From Nemertoderma westbladi (lineage: Eukaryota; Animalia; Xenacoelomorpha), in assembly GCA_032718475.1 (NCBI GenBank), contig JAUCBJ010006528.1:1-64000 (forward strand): DNA of 64,000 nt. Reading direction: 5' to 3'. Shown piece after piece: positions 22,301-34,300 of the stretch; position 1 is the first letter of the stretch; each line of letters opens with the position of its first letter. The position numbers were made by a program, and so were the translations under genes. The notes under the pieces are model-generated. The model saw only the letters and a program-made list of their open reading frames with translations, had not been told where the DNA came from and ran no database searches.

Positions 22301-25300
22301 AGTTGGGACAGTGTAAAGTATCTGTGTGAGTGCAAATAAAGCCTCGAAGTTGGGGCAGAGTAAAGTATCTCTGTGAGTGTAAATAAAGCCTCGAAGTGGG
22401 GGCAGTGTAAAGTATCTGTGTGAGTGCAAATAAAGCCTCGAAGTGGGGGCAGTGTAAAGTATCTGTGTGAGTGCAAATAAAGCCTCGAAGTGGGGGCAGT
22501 GTAAAGTATCTGTGTGAGTGGAAATAAAGCCTCGAAGTGGGGGCAGTGTAAAGTATCTGTGTGAGTGTAAATAAAGCCTCGAAGTGGGGGCAGTGTAAAG
22601 TATCTGTGTGAGTGTAAATAAAGACTCGAAGTGGGGGCAGTGTAAAGTATCTGTGTGAGTGCAAATAAAGCCTCGAAGTGGGGGCAGTGTAAAGTATCTG
22701 TGTGAGTGCAAATAAAGCCTCGAAGGGGGTTCGTGTAAAGTATCTGTGTGAGTGTAAATAAAGCCTCGAAGTGGGGGCAGTGTAAAGTATCTGTGTGAGT
22801 GTAAATAAAGCCTCGAAGTGGGGAAAGGGAAAGTATCTGTGTGAGTGCAAATAAAGCCTCGAAGTTGGGGCAGTGTAAAGTATCTGTGTGAGTGCAAATA
22901 AAGCCTCGAAGGGGGTTCGTGTAAAGTATCTGTGTGAGTGTAAATAAAGCCTCGAAGTGGGGAAAGGGAAAGTATCTGTGTGAGTGTAAATAAAGCCTCG
23001 AAGTGGGGGCAGTGTAAAGTATCTGTGTGAGTGCAAATAAAGCCTCGAAGGGGGTTCGTGTAAAGTATCTGTGTGAGTGTAAATAAAGCCTCGAAGTGGG
23101 GAAAGGGAAAGTATCTGTGTGAGTGTAAATAAAGCCTCGAAGTGGGGAAAGGGAAAGTATCTCTGTGAGTGTAAATAAAGCCTCGAAGTGGGGAAAGGGA
23201 AAGTATCTCTGTGAGTGTAAATAAAGCCTCGAAGTGGGGACAGTGTAAAGTATCTGTGTGAGTGCAAATAAAGCCTCGAAGTTTGGGCAGTGTAAAGTAT
23301 CTGTGTGAGTGCAAATAAAGCCTCGAAGTGGGGGCAGTGTAAAGTATCTGTGTGAGTGCAAATAAAGCCTCGAAGTGGGTTCGTGTAAAGTATCTGTGTG
23401 AGTGTAAATAAAGCCTCGAAGTGGGGAAAGGGAAAGTATCTGTGTGAGTGCAAATAAAGCCTCGAAGTGGGGAAAGGGAAAGTATCTGTGTGAGTGTAAA
23501 TAAAGCCTCGAAGTGGGGCAGTGTAAAGTATCTGTGTGAGTGCAAATAAAGCCTCGAAGTGGGGAAAGGGAAAGTATCTGTGTGAGTGTAAATAAAGCCT
23601 CGAAGTGGGGAAAGGGAAAGTATCTCTGTGAGTGTAAATAAAGCCTCGAAGTGGGGACAGTGTAAAGTATCTGTGTGAGTGCAAATAAAGCCTCGAAGTG
23701 GGGGCAGTGTAAAGTATCTGTGTGAGTGTAAATAAAGCCTCGAAGTGGGGAAAGGGAAAGTATCTCTGTGAGTGTAAATAAAGCCTCGAAGTGGGGACAG
23801 TGTAAAGTATCTGTGTGAGTGCAAATAAAGCCTCGAAGTGGGGGCAGTGTAAAGTATCTGTGTGAGTGCAAATAAAGCCTCGAAGTGGGGGCAGTGTAAA
23901 GTATCTGTGTGAGTGTAAATAAAGCCTTGAAGTGGGGGCAGTGTAAAGTATCTGTGTGAGTGCAAATAAAGCCTCGAAGTGGGGGCAGTGTAAAGTATCT
24001 GTGTGAGTGCAAATAAAGCCTCGAAGTGGGGGCAGTGTAAAGTATCTGTGTGAGTGCAAATAAAGCCTCGAAGTGGGGGCAGTGTAAAGTATCTGTGTGA
24101 GTGCAAATAAAGCCTCGAAGTGGGGGCAGTGTAAAGTATCTGTGTGAGTGCAAATAAAGCCTCGAAGTGGGGGCAGTGTAAAGTATCTGTGTGAGTGCAA
24201 ATAAAGCCTCGAAGTGGGGGCAGTGTAAAGTATCTGTGTGAGTGCAAATAAAGCCTCGAAGTGGGGGCAGTGTAAAGTATCTGTGTGAGTGTAAATAAAG
24301 CCTCGAAGTGGGGAAAGGGAAAGTATCTCTGTGAGTGTAAATAAAGCCTCGAAGTGGGGAAAGGGAAAGTATCTGTGTGAGTGTAAATAAAGCCTCGAAG
24401 TGGGGAAAGGGAAAGTATCTCTGTGAGTGTAAATAAAGCCTCGAAGTGGGGACAGTGTAAAGTATCTGTGTGAGTGCAAATAAAGCCTCGAAGTGGGGGC
24501 AGTGTAAAGTATCTGTGTGAGTGTAAATAAAGCCTCGAAGTGGGGAAAGGGAAAGTATCTCTGTGAGTGTAAATAAAGCCTCGAAGTGGGGACAGTGTAA
24601 AGTATCTGTGTGAGTGCAAATAAAGCCTCGAAGTGGGGACAGTGTAAAGTATCTGTGTGAGTGCAAATAAAGCCTCGAAGTGGGGGCAGTGTAAAGTATC
24701 TGTGTGAGTGTAAATAAAGCCTCGAAGTGGGGAAAGGGAAAGTATCTCTGTGAGTGTAAATAAAGCCTCGAAGTGGGGACAGTGTAAAGTATCTGTGTGA
24801 GTGTAAATAAAGCCTCGAAGTGGGGAAAGGGAAAGTATATCTGTGAGTGTAAATAAAGCCTCGAAGTGGGGACAGTGTAAAGTATCTGTGTGAGTGCAAA
24901 TAAAGCCTCGAAGTGGGGGCAGTGTAAAGTATCTGTGTGAGTGCAAATAAAGCCTCGAAGTGGGTTCGTGTAAAGTATCTGTGTGAGTGTAAATAAAGCC
25001 TCGAAGTGGGGAAAGGGAAAGTATCTGTGTGAGTGCAAATAAAGTCTCGAAGTGGGGGCAGTGTAAAGTATCTGTGTGAGTGCAAATAAAGTCTCGAAGT
25101 GGGGGCAGTGTAAAGTATCTGTGTGAGTGCAAATAAAGTCTCGAAGTGGGGGCAGTGTAAAGTATCTGTGTGAGTGCAAATAAAGCCTCAAAGTGGGGGC
25201 AGTGTAAAGTATCTGTGTGAGTGCAAATAAAGCCTCGAAGTGGGGGCAGTGTAAAGTATCTGTGTGAGTGTAAATAAAGCCTCGAAGTGGGGGCAGTGTA

Positions 25301-28300
25301 AAGTATCTGTGTGAGTGTAAATAAAGCCTCGAAGTGGGGAAAGGGAAAGTATCTGTGTGAGTGCAAATAAAGCCTCGAAGTGGGGGCAGTGTAAAGTATC
25401 TGTGTGAGTGTAAATAAAGCCTCGAAGTGGGGAAAGGGAAAGTATCTGTGTGAGTGCAAATAAAGCCTCGAAGTGGGGGCAGTGTAAAGTATCTGTGTGA
25501 GTGTAAATAAAGCCTCGAAGTGGGTTCAGTGTAAAGTATCTGTGTGAGTGTAAATAAAGCGTTGCCGTGAGTACAGTGTAAAGTATCTGTGTGAGTGCAA
25601 ATAAAGCCTCGAAGTGGGGGCAGTGTAAAGTATCTGTGTGAGTGCAAATAAAGCCTCGAAGTGGGGGCAGTGTAAAGTATCTGTGTGAGTGCAAATAAAG
25701 CCTCGAAGTGGGGGCAGTGTAAAGTATCTGTGTGAGTGTAAATAAAGCCTCGAAGTGGGGAAAGGGAAAGTATCTGTGTGAGTGCAAATAAAGCCTCAAA
25801 GTGGGGGCAGTGTAAAGTATCTGTGTGAGTGCAAATAAAGCCTCGAAGTGGGGGCAGTGTAAAGTATCTGTGTGAGTGTAAATAAAGCCTCGAAGTGGGG
25901 AAAGGGAAAGTATCTGTGTGAGTGCAAATAAAGCCTCAAAGTGGGGGCAGTGTAAAGTATCTGTGTGAGTGTAAATAAAGCCTCAAAGTGGGGGCAGTGT
26001 AAAGTATCTGTGTGAGTGTAAATAAAGCCTCGAAGTGGGGAAAGGGAAAGTATCTGTGTGAGTGCAAATAAAGCCTCAAAGTGGGGGCAGTGTAAAGTAT
26101 CTGTGTGAGTGTAAATAAAGCCTCAAAGTGGGGGCAGTGTAAAGTATCTGTGTGAGTGTAAATAAAGCCTCGAAGTGGGGAAAGGGAAAGTATCTGTGTG
26201 AGTGCAAATAAAGCCTCGAAGTGGGGGCAGTGTAAAGTATCTGTGTGAGTGTAAATAAAGCCTCAAAGTGGGGGCAGTGTAAAGTATCTGTGTTAGTGCA
26301 AATAAAGCCTCGAAGTGGGTTCAGTGTAAAGTATCTGTGTGAGTGCAAATAAAGCCTCGAAGTGGGTTCAGTGTAAAGTATCTGTGTGAGTGCAAATAAA
26401 GCCTCAAAGTGGGGGCAGTGTAAAGTATCTGTGTGAGTGTAAATAAAGCCTCGAAGTTTGGGCAGTGTAAAACATCTGTGTGAGTGCAAATAAAGCCTCG
26501 AAGTGGGGGCAGTGTAAAGTATCTGTGTTAGTGCAAATAAAGCCTCGAAGTGGGTTCAGTGTAAAGTATCTGTGTGAGTGCAAATAAAGCCTCGAAGTGG
26601 GGGGCAGTGTAAAGTATCTGTGTGAGTGTAAATAAAGCCTCGAAGTGGGGAAAGGGAAAGTATCTGTGTGAGTGCAAATAAAGCCTCAAAGTGGGGGCAG
26701 TGTAAAGTATCTGTGTGAGTGTAAATAAAGCCTCGAAGTTTGGGCAGTGTAAAACATCTGTGTGAGTGCAAATAAAGCCTCGAAGTGGGGGCAGTGTAAA
26801 GTATCTGTGTGAGTGTAAATAAAGCCTCGAAGTGGGGAAAGGGAAAGTATCTGTGTGAGTGCAAATAAAGCCTCGAAGTTGGGGCAGTGTAAAGTATCTG
26901 TGTGAGTGTAAATAAAGCCTCGAAGTGGGTTCAGTGTAAAGTATCTGTGTGAGTGCAAATAAAGCCTCGAAGTGGGGGCAGTGTAAAGTATCTGTGTGAG
27001 TGCAAATAAAGCCTCAAAGTGGGGGCAGTGTAAAGTATCTGTGTGAGTGCAAATAAAGCCTCAAAGTGGGGGCAGTGTAAAGTATCTGTGTGAGTGCAAA
27101 TAAAGCCTCGAAGTGGGGGCAGTGTAAAGTATCTGTGTGAGTGCAAATAAAGCCTCGAAGTGGGGGCAGTGTAAAGTATCTGTGTGAGTGCAAATAAAGC
27201 CTCAAAGTGGGGGCAGTGTAAAGTATCTGTGTGAGTGCAAATAAAGCCTCGAAGTGGGGGCAGTGTAAAGTATCTGTGTGAGTGCAAATAAAGCCTCGAA
27301 GTGGGGGCAGTGTAAAGTATCTGTGTGAGTGTAAATAAAGCCTCGAAGTGGGGAAAGGGAAAGTATCTGTGTGAGTGCAAATAAAGCCTCAAAGTGGGGG
27401 CAGTGTAAAGTATCTGTGTGAGTGTAAATAAAGCCTCGAAGTGGGGAAAGGGAAAGTATCTGTGTGAGTGCAAATAAAGCCTCAAAGTGGGGGCAGTGTA
27501 AAGTATCTGTGTGAGTGTAAATAAAGCCTCAAAGTGGGGGCAGTGTAAAGTATCTGTGTGAGTGTAAATAAAGCCTCGAAGTGGGGAAAGGGAAAGTATC
27601 TGTGTGAGTGCAAATAAAGCCTCAAAGTGGGGGCAGTGTAAAGTATCTGTGTGAGTGTAAATAAAGCCTCAAAGTGGGGGCAGTGTAAAGTATCTGTGTG
27701 AGTGTAAATAAAGCCTCGAAGTGGGGAAAGGGAAAGTATCTGTGTGAGTGCAAATAAAGCCTCGAAGTGGGGGCAGTGTAAAGTATCTGTGTGAGTGTAA
27801 ATAAAGCCTCAAAGTGGGGAAAGGGAAAGTATCTGTGTGAGTGCAAATAAAGCCTCAAAGTGGGGGCAGTGTAAAGTATCTGTGTGAGTGTAAATAAAGC
27901 CTCGAAGTGGGGAAAGGGAAAGTATCTGTGTGAGTGCAAATAAAGCCTCGAAGTGGGGAAAGGGAAAGTATCTGTGTGAGTGCAAATAAAGCCTCAAAGT
28001 GGGGGCAGTGTAAAGTATCTGTGTGAGTGTAAATAAAGCCTCGAAGTTTGGGCAGTGTAAAACATCTGTGTGAGTGCAAATAAAGCCTCGAAGTGGGGGC
28101 AGTGTAAAGTATCTGTGTGAGTGTAAATAAAGCCTCGAAGTGGGGAAAGGGAAAGTATCTGTGTGAGTGCAAATAAAGCCTCGAAGTTGGGGCAGTGTAA
28201 AGTATCTGTGTGAGTGTAAATAAAGCCTCGAAGTGGGGAAAGGGAAAGTATCTGTGTGAGTGCAAATAAAGCCTCGAAGTGGGGAAAGGGAAAGTATCTG

Positions 28301-31300
28301 TGTGAGTGCAAATAAAGCCTCAAAGTGGGGGCAGTGTAAAGTATCTGTGTGAGTGTAAATAAAGCCTCGAAGTTTGGGCAGTGTAAAACATCTGTGTGAG
28401 TGCAAATAAAGCCTCGAAGTGGGGGCAGTGTAAAGTATCTGTGTGAGTGTAAATAAAGCCTCGAAGTGGGGAAAGGGAAAGTATCTGTGTGAGTGCAAAT
28501 AAAGCCTCAAAGTGGGGGCAGTGTAAAGTATCTGTGTGAGTGTAAATAAAGCCTCGAAGTGGGGAAAGGGAAAGTATCTGTGTGAGTGCAAATAAAGCCT
28601 CGAAGTGGGGAAAGGGAAAGTATCTGTGTGAGTGCAAATAAAGCCTCAAAGTGGGGGCAGTGTAAAGTATCTGTGTGAGTGTAAATAAAGCCTCGAAGTT
28701 TGGGCAGTGTAAAACATCTGTGTGAGTGCAAATAAAGCCTCGAAGTGGGGGCAGTGTAAAGTATCTGTGTGAGTGTAAATAAAGCCTCGAAGTGGGGAAA
28801 GGGAAAGTATCTGTGTGAGTGCAAATAAAGCCTCAAAGTGGGGGCAGTGTAAAGTATCTGTGTGAGTGTAAATAAAGCCTCGAAGTGGGTTCAGTGTAAA
28901 GTATCTGTGTGAGTGCAAATAAAGCCTCGAAGTGGGGGCAGTGTAAAGTATCTGTGTGAGTGCAAATAAAGCCTCAAAGTGGGGGCAGTGTAAAGTATCT
29001 GTGTGAGTGCAAATAAAGCCTCAAAGTGGGGGCAGTGTAAAGTATCTGTGTGAGTGCAAATAAAGCCTCGAAGTGGGGGCAGTGTAAAGTATCTGTGTGA
29101 GTGTAAATAAAGCCTCGAAGTGGGGAAAGGGAAAGTATCTGTGTGAGTGCAAATAAAGCCTCGAAGTGGGGGCAGTGTAAAGTATCTGTGTGAGTGCAAA
29201 TAAAGCCTCAAAGTGGGGGCAGTGTAAAGTATCTGTGTGAGTGCAAATAAAGCCTCAAAGTGGGGGCAGTGTAAAGTATCTGTGTGAGTGCAAATAAAGC
29301 CTCGAAGTGGGGGCAGTGTAAAGTATCTGTGTGAGTGCAAATAAAGCCTCGAAGTGGGGGCAGTGTAAAGTATCTGTGTGAGTGCAAATAAAGCCTCAAA
29401 GTGGGGGCAGTGTAAAGTATCTGTGTGAGTGCAAATAAAGCCTCGAAGTGGGGGCAGTGTAAAGTATCTGTGTGAGTGCAAATAAAGCCTCGAAGTGGGG
29501 GCAGTGTAAAGTATCTGTGTGAGTGCAAATAAAGCCTCAAAGTGGGGGCAGTGTAAAGTATCTGTGTGAGTGCAAATAAAGCCTCGAAGTGGGGGCAGTG
29601 TAAAGTATCTGTGTGAGTGCAAATAAAGCCTCGAAGTGGGGGCAGTGTAAAGTATCTGTGTGAGTGCAAATAAAGCCTCAAAGTGGGGGCAGTGTAAAGT
29701 ATCTGTGTGAGTGCAAATAAAGCCTCGAAGTGGGGGCAGTGTAAAGTATCTGTGTGAGTGCAAATAAAGCCTCAAAGTGGGGGCAGTGTAAAGTATCTGT
29801 GTGAGTGCAAATAAAGCCTCGAAGTGGGTTCAGTGTAAAGTATCTGTGTGAGTGTAAATAAAGCCTCGAAGTGGGGAAAGGGAAAGTATCTGTGTGAGTG
29901 CAAATAAAGCCTCAAAGTGGGTTCAGTGTAAAGTATCTGTGTGAGTGTAAATAAAGCCTCGAAGTGGGGAAAGGGAAAGTATCTGTGTGAGTGCAAATAA
30001 AGCCTCGAAGTGGGGCAGTGTAAAGTATCTGTGTTAGTGCAAATAAAGCCTCGAAGTGGGTTCAGTGTAAAGTATCTGTGTGAGTGTAAATAAAGCCTCG
30101 AAGTGGGGAAAGGGAAAGTATCTGTGTGAGTGCAAATAAAGCCTCAAAGTGGGTTCAGTGTAAAGTATCTGTGTGAGTGTAAATAAAGCCTCGAAGTGGG
30201 GAAAGGGAAAGTATCTGTGTGAGTGCAAATAAAGCCTCGAAGTGGGGCAGTGTAAAGTATCTGTGTTAGTGCAAATAAAGCCTCGAAGTGGGTTCAGTGT
30301 AAAGTATCTGTGTGAGTGTAAATAAAGCCTCGAAGTGGGGAAAGGGAAAGTATCTGTGTGAGTGCAAATAAAGCCTCAAAGTGGGTTCAGTGTAAAGTAT
30401 CTGTGTGAGTGTAAATAAAGCCTCGAAGTGGGGACAGTGTAAAGTATCTGTGTGAGTGCAAATAAAGCCTCGAAGTGGGGGCAGTGTAAAGTATCTGTGT
30501 GAGTGTAAATAAAGCCTCGAAGTGGGGAAAGGGAAAGTATCTGTGTGAGTGCAAATAAAGCCTCGAAGTGGGGAAAGGGAAAGTATCTGTGTGAGTGCAA
30601 ATAAAGCCTCGAAGTGGGGAAAGGGAAAGTATCTGTGTGAGTGCAAATAAAGCCTCGAAGTGGGGCAGTGTAAAGTATCTGTGTTAGTGCAAATAAAGCC
30701 TCGAAGTGGGTTCAGTGTAAAGTATCTGTGTGAGTGTAAATAAAGCCTCGAAGTGGGGAAAGGGAAAGTATCTGTGTGAGTGCAAATAAAGCCTCAAAGT
30801 GGGTTCAGTGTAAAGTATCTGTGTGAGTGCAAATAAAACCTCGAAGTGGGGGCAGTGTAAAGTATCTGTGTGAGTGTAAATAAAGCCTCGAAGTGGGGAC
30901 AGTGTAAAGTATCTGTGTTAGTGCAAATAAAGCCTCGAAGTGGGGGCAGTGTAAAGTATCTGTGTGAGTGTAAATAAAGCCTCGAAGTGGGTTCAGTGTA
31001 AAGTATCTGTGTGAGTGTAAATAAAGTCTCGAAGTGGGGGCAGTGTAAAGTATCTGTGTGAGTGTAAATAAAGCCTCGAAGTGGGGAAAGGGAAAGTATC
31101 TGTGTGAGTGCAAATAAAGCCTCGAAGTGGGGCAGTGTAAAGTATCTGTGTTAGTGCAAATAAAACCTCGAAGTGGGGGCAGTGTAAAGTATCTGTGTGA
31201 GTGTAAATAAAGCCTCGAAGTGGGGAAAGGGAAAGTATCTGTGTGAGTGTAAATAAAGCCTCGAAGTGGGGGCAGTGTAAAGTGTCTGTGTGAGTGTAAA

Positions 31301-34300
31301 TAAAGCCTCGAAGTGGGGCAGTGTAAAGTATCTGTGTGAGTGTAAATAAAGCCTCGAAGTGGGGCAGTGTAAAGTATCTGTGTGAGTGTAAATAAAGCCT
31401 CGAAGTGGGGAAAGGGAAAGTATCTGTGTGAGTGTAAATAAAGCCTCGAAGTGGGTTCAGTGTAAAGTGTCTGTGTGAGTGTAAATAAAGCCTCGAAGTG
31501 GGGAAAGGGAAAGTATCTGTGTGAGTGCAAATAAAGCCTCAAAGTGGGGGCAGTGTAAAGTGTCTGTGTGAGTGTAAATAAAGCCTCGAAGTGGGGAAAG
31601 GGAAAGTATCTGTGTGAGTGTAAATAAAGCCTCGAAGTGGGGGCAGTGTAAAGTGTCTGTGTGAGTGTAAATAAAGCCTCGAAGTGGGGCAGTGTAAAGT
31701 ATCTGTGTGAGTGTAAATAAAGCCTCGAAGTGGGGCAGTGTAAAGTATCTGTGTGAGTGTAAATAAAGCCTCGAAGTGGGGAAAGGGAAAGTATCTGTGT
31801 GAGTGTAAATAAAGCCTCGAAGTGGGGGCAGTGTAAAGTATCTGTGTGAGTGCAAATAAAGCCTCAAAGTGGGGGCAGTGTAAAGTATCTGTGTGAGTGC
31901 AAATAAAGCCTCGAAGTGGGGAAAGGGAAAGTATCTGTGTGAGTGTAAATAAAGCCTCGAAGTGGGGCAGTGTAAAGTATCTGTGTGAGTGTAAATAAAG
32001 CCTCGAAGTGGGGGCAGTGTAAAGTATTTGTGTGAGTGCAAATAAAGCCTCGAAGTGGGGAAAGGGAAAGTATCTGTGTGAGTGTAAATAAAGCCTCGAA
32101 GTGGGGCAGTGTAAAGTATCTGTGTGAGTGTAAATAAAGCCTCGAAGTGGGGGCAGTGTAAAGTGTCTGTGTGAGTGTAAATAAAGCCTCGAAGTGGGGA
32201 AAGGGAAAGTATCTGTGTGAGTGTAAATAAAGCCTCGAAGTGGGGGCAGTGTAAAGTGTCTGTGTGAGTGTAAATAAAGCCTCGAAGTGGGGGCAGTGTA
32301 AAGTATCTGTGTGAGTGCAAATAAAGCCTCAAAGTGGGGGCAGTGTAAAGTATCTGTGTGAGTGCAAATAAAGCCTCGAAGTGGGGAAAGGGAAAGTATC
32401 TGTGTGAGTGTAAATAAAGCCTCGAAGTGGGGCAGTGTAAAGTATCTGTGTGAGTGTAAATAAAGCCTCGAAGTGGGGGCAGTGTAAAGTGTCTGTGTGA
32501 GTGTAAATAAAGCCTCGAAGTGGGGAAAGGGAAAGTATCTGTGTGAGTGTAAATAAAGCCTCGAAGTGGGGGCAGTGTAAAGTGTCTGTGTGAGTGTAAA
32601 TAAAGCCTCGAAGTGGGGCAGTGTAAAGTATCTGTGTGAGTGCAAATAAAGCCTCGAAGTGGGGAAAGGGAAAGTATCTGTGTGAGTGTAAATAAAGCCT
32701 CGAAGTGGGGGCAGTGTAAAGTATCTGTGTGAGTGCAAATAAAGCCTCAAAGTGGGGGCAGTGTAAAGTATCTGTGTGAGTGCAAATAAAGCCTCGAAGT
32801 GGGGGCAGTGTAAAGTATCTGTGTGAGTGTAAATAAAGCCTCGAAGTGGGGAAAGGGAAAGTATCTGTGTGAGTGCAAATAAAGCCTCGAAGTGGGGGCA
32901 GTGTAAAGTATCTGTGTGAGTGTAAATAAAGCCTCGAAGTGGGGAAAGGGAAAGTATCTGTGTGAGTGCAAATAAAGCCTCGAAGTGGGGGCAGTGTAAA
33001 GTATCTGTGTTAGTGTAAATAAAGCCTCGAAGTGGGGGCAGTGTAAAGTATCTGTGTGAGTGCAAATAAAGCCTCAAAGTGGGGGCAGTGTAAAGTATCT
33101 GTGTGAGTGCAAATAAAGCCTCGAAGTGGGGGCAGTGTAAAGTATCTGTGTGAGTGTAAATAAAGCCTCGAAGTGGGGAAAGGGAAAGTATCTGTGTGAG
33201 TGCAAATAAAGCCTCGAAGTGGGGGCAGTGTAAAGTATCTGTGTGAGTGCAAATAAAGCCTCGAAGTGGGGGCAGTGTAAAGTATCTGTGTGAGTGCAAA
33301 TAAAGCCTCAAAGTGGGGGCAGTGTAAAGTATCTGTGTGAGTGCAAATAAAGCCTCGAAGTGGGGGCAGTGTAAAGTATCTGTGTGAGTGCAAATAAAGC
33401 CTCGAAGTAGGGAAAGGGAAAGTATCTGTGTGAGTGCAAATAAAGCCTCGAAGTGGGGGCAGTGTAAAGTATCTGTGTGAGTGCAAATAAAGCCTCGAAG
33501 TGGGGGCAGTGTAAAGTATCTGTGTTAGTGCAAATAAAGCCTCGAAGTGGGGAAAGGGAAAGTATCTGTGTTAGTGCAAATAAAGCCTCGAAGTGGGGAA
33601 AGGGAAAGTATCTGTGTGAGTGCAAATAAAGCCTCGAAGTAGGGGCAGTTTAAAGTATCTGTGTGAGTGCAAATAAAGCCTCGAAGTGGGGGCAGTGTAA
33701 AGTATCTGTGTGAGTGCAAATAAAGCCTCGAAGTGGGGGCAGTGTAAAGTATCTGTGTTAGTGCAAATAAAGCCTCGAAGTGGGGAAAGGGAAAGTATCT
33801 GTGTGAGTGCAAATAAAGCCTCGAAGTGGGGGCAGTGTAAAGTATCTGTGTGAGTGCAAATAAAGCCTCGAAGTGGGGGCAGTGTAAAGTATCTGTGTGA
33901 GTGTAAATAAAGCCTCAAAGTGGGGGCAGTGTAAAGTATCTGTGTGAGTGCAAATAAAGCCTCGAAGTGGGGAAAGGGAAAGTATCTGTGTGAGTGTAAA
34001 TAAAGCCTCGAAGTGGGGAAAGGGAAAGTATCTGTGTGAGTGTAAATAAAGCCACGAAGTGGGGGCAGTGTAAAGTATCTGTGTGAGTGGAAATAAAGCC
34101 TCGAAGTGGGGGCAGTGTAAAGTATCTGTGTGAGTGGAAATAAAGCCTCGAAGTGGGGGCAGTGTAAAGTATCTGTGTGAGTGTAAATAAAGCCTCGAAG
34201 TGGGGGCAGTGTAAAGTATCTGTGTGAGTGCAAATAAAGCCTCGAAGTGGGGGCAGTGTAAAGTATCTGTGTGAGTGCAAATAAAGCCTCGAAGTGGGGG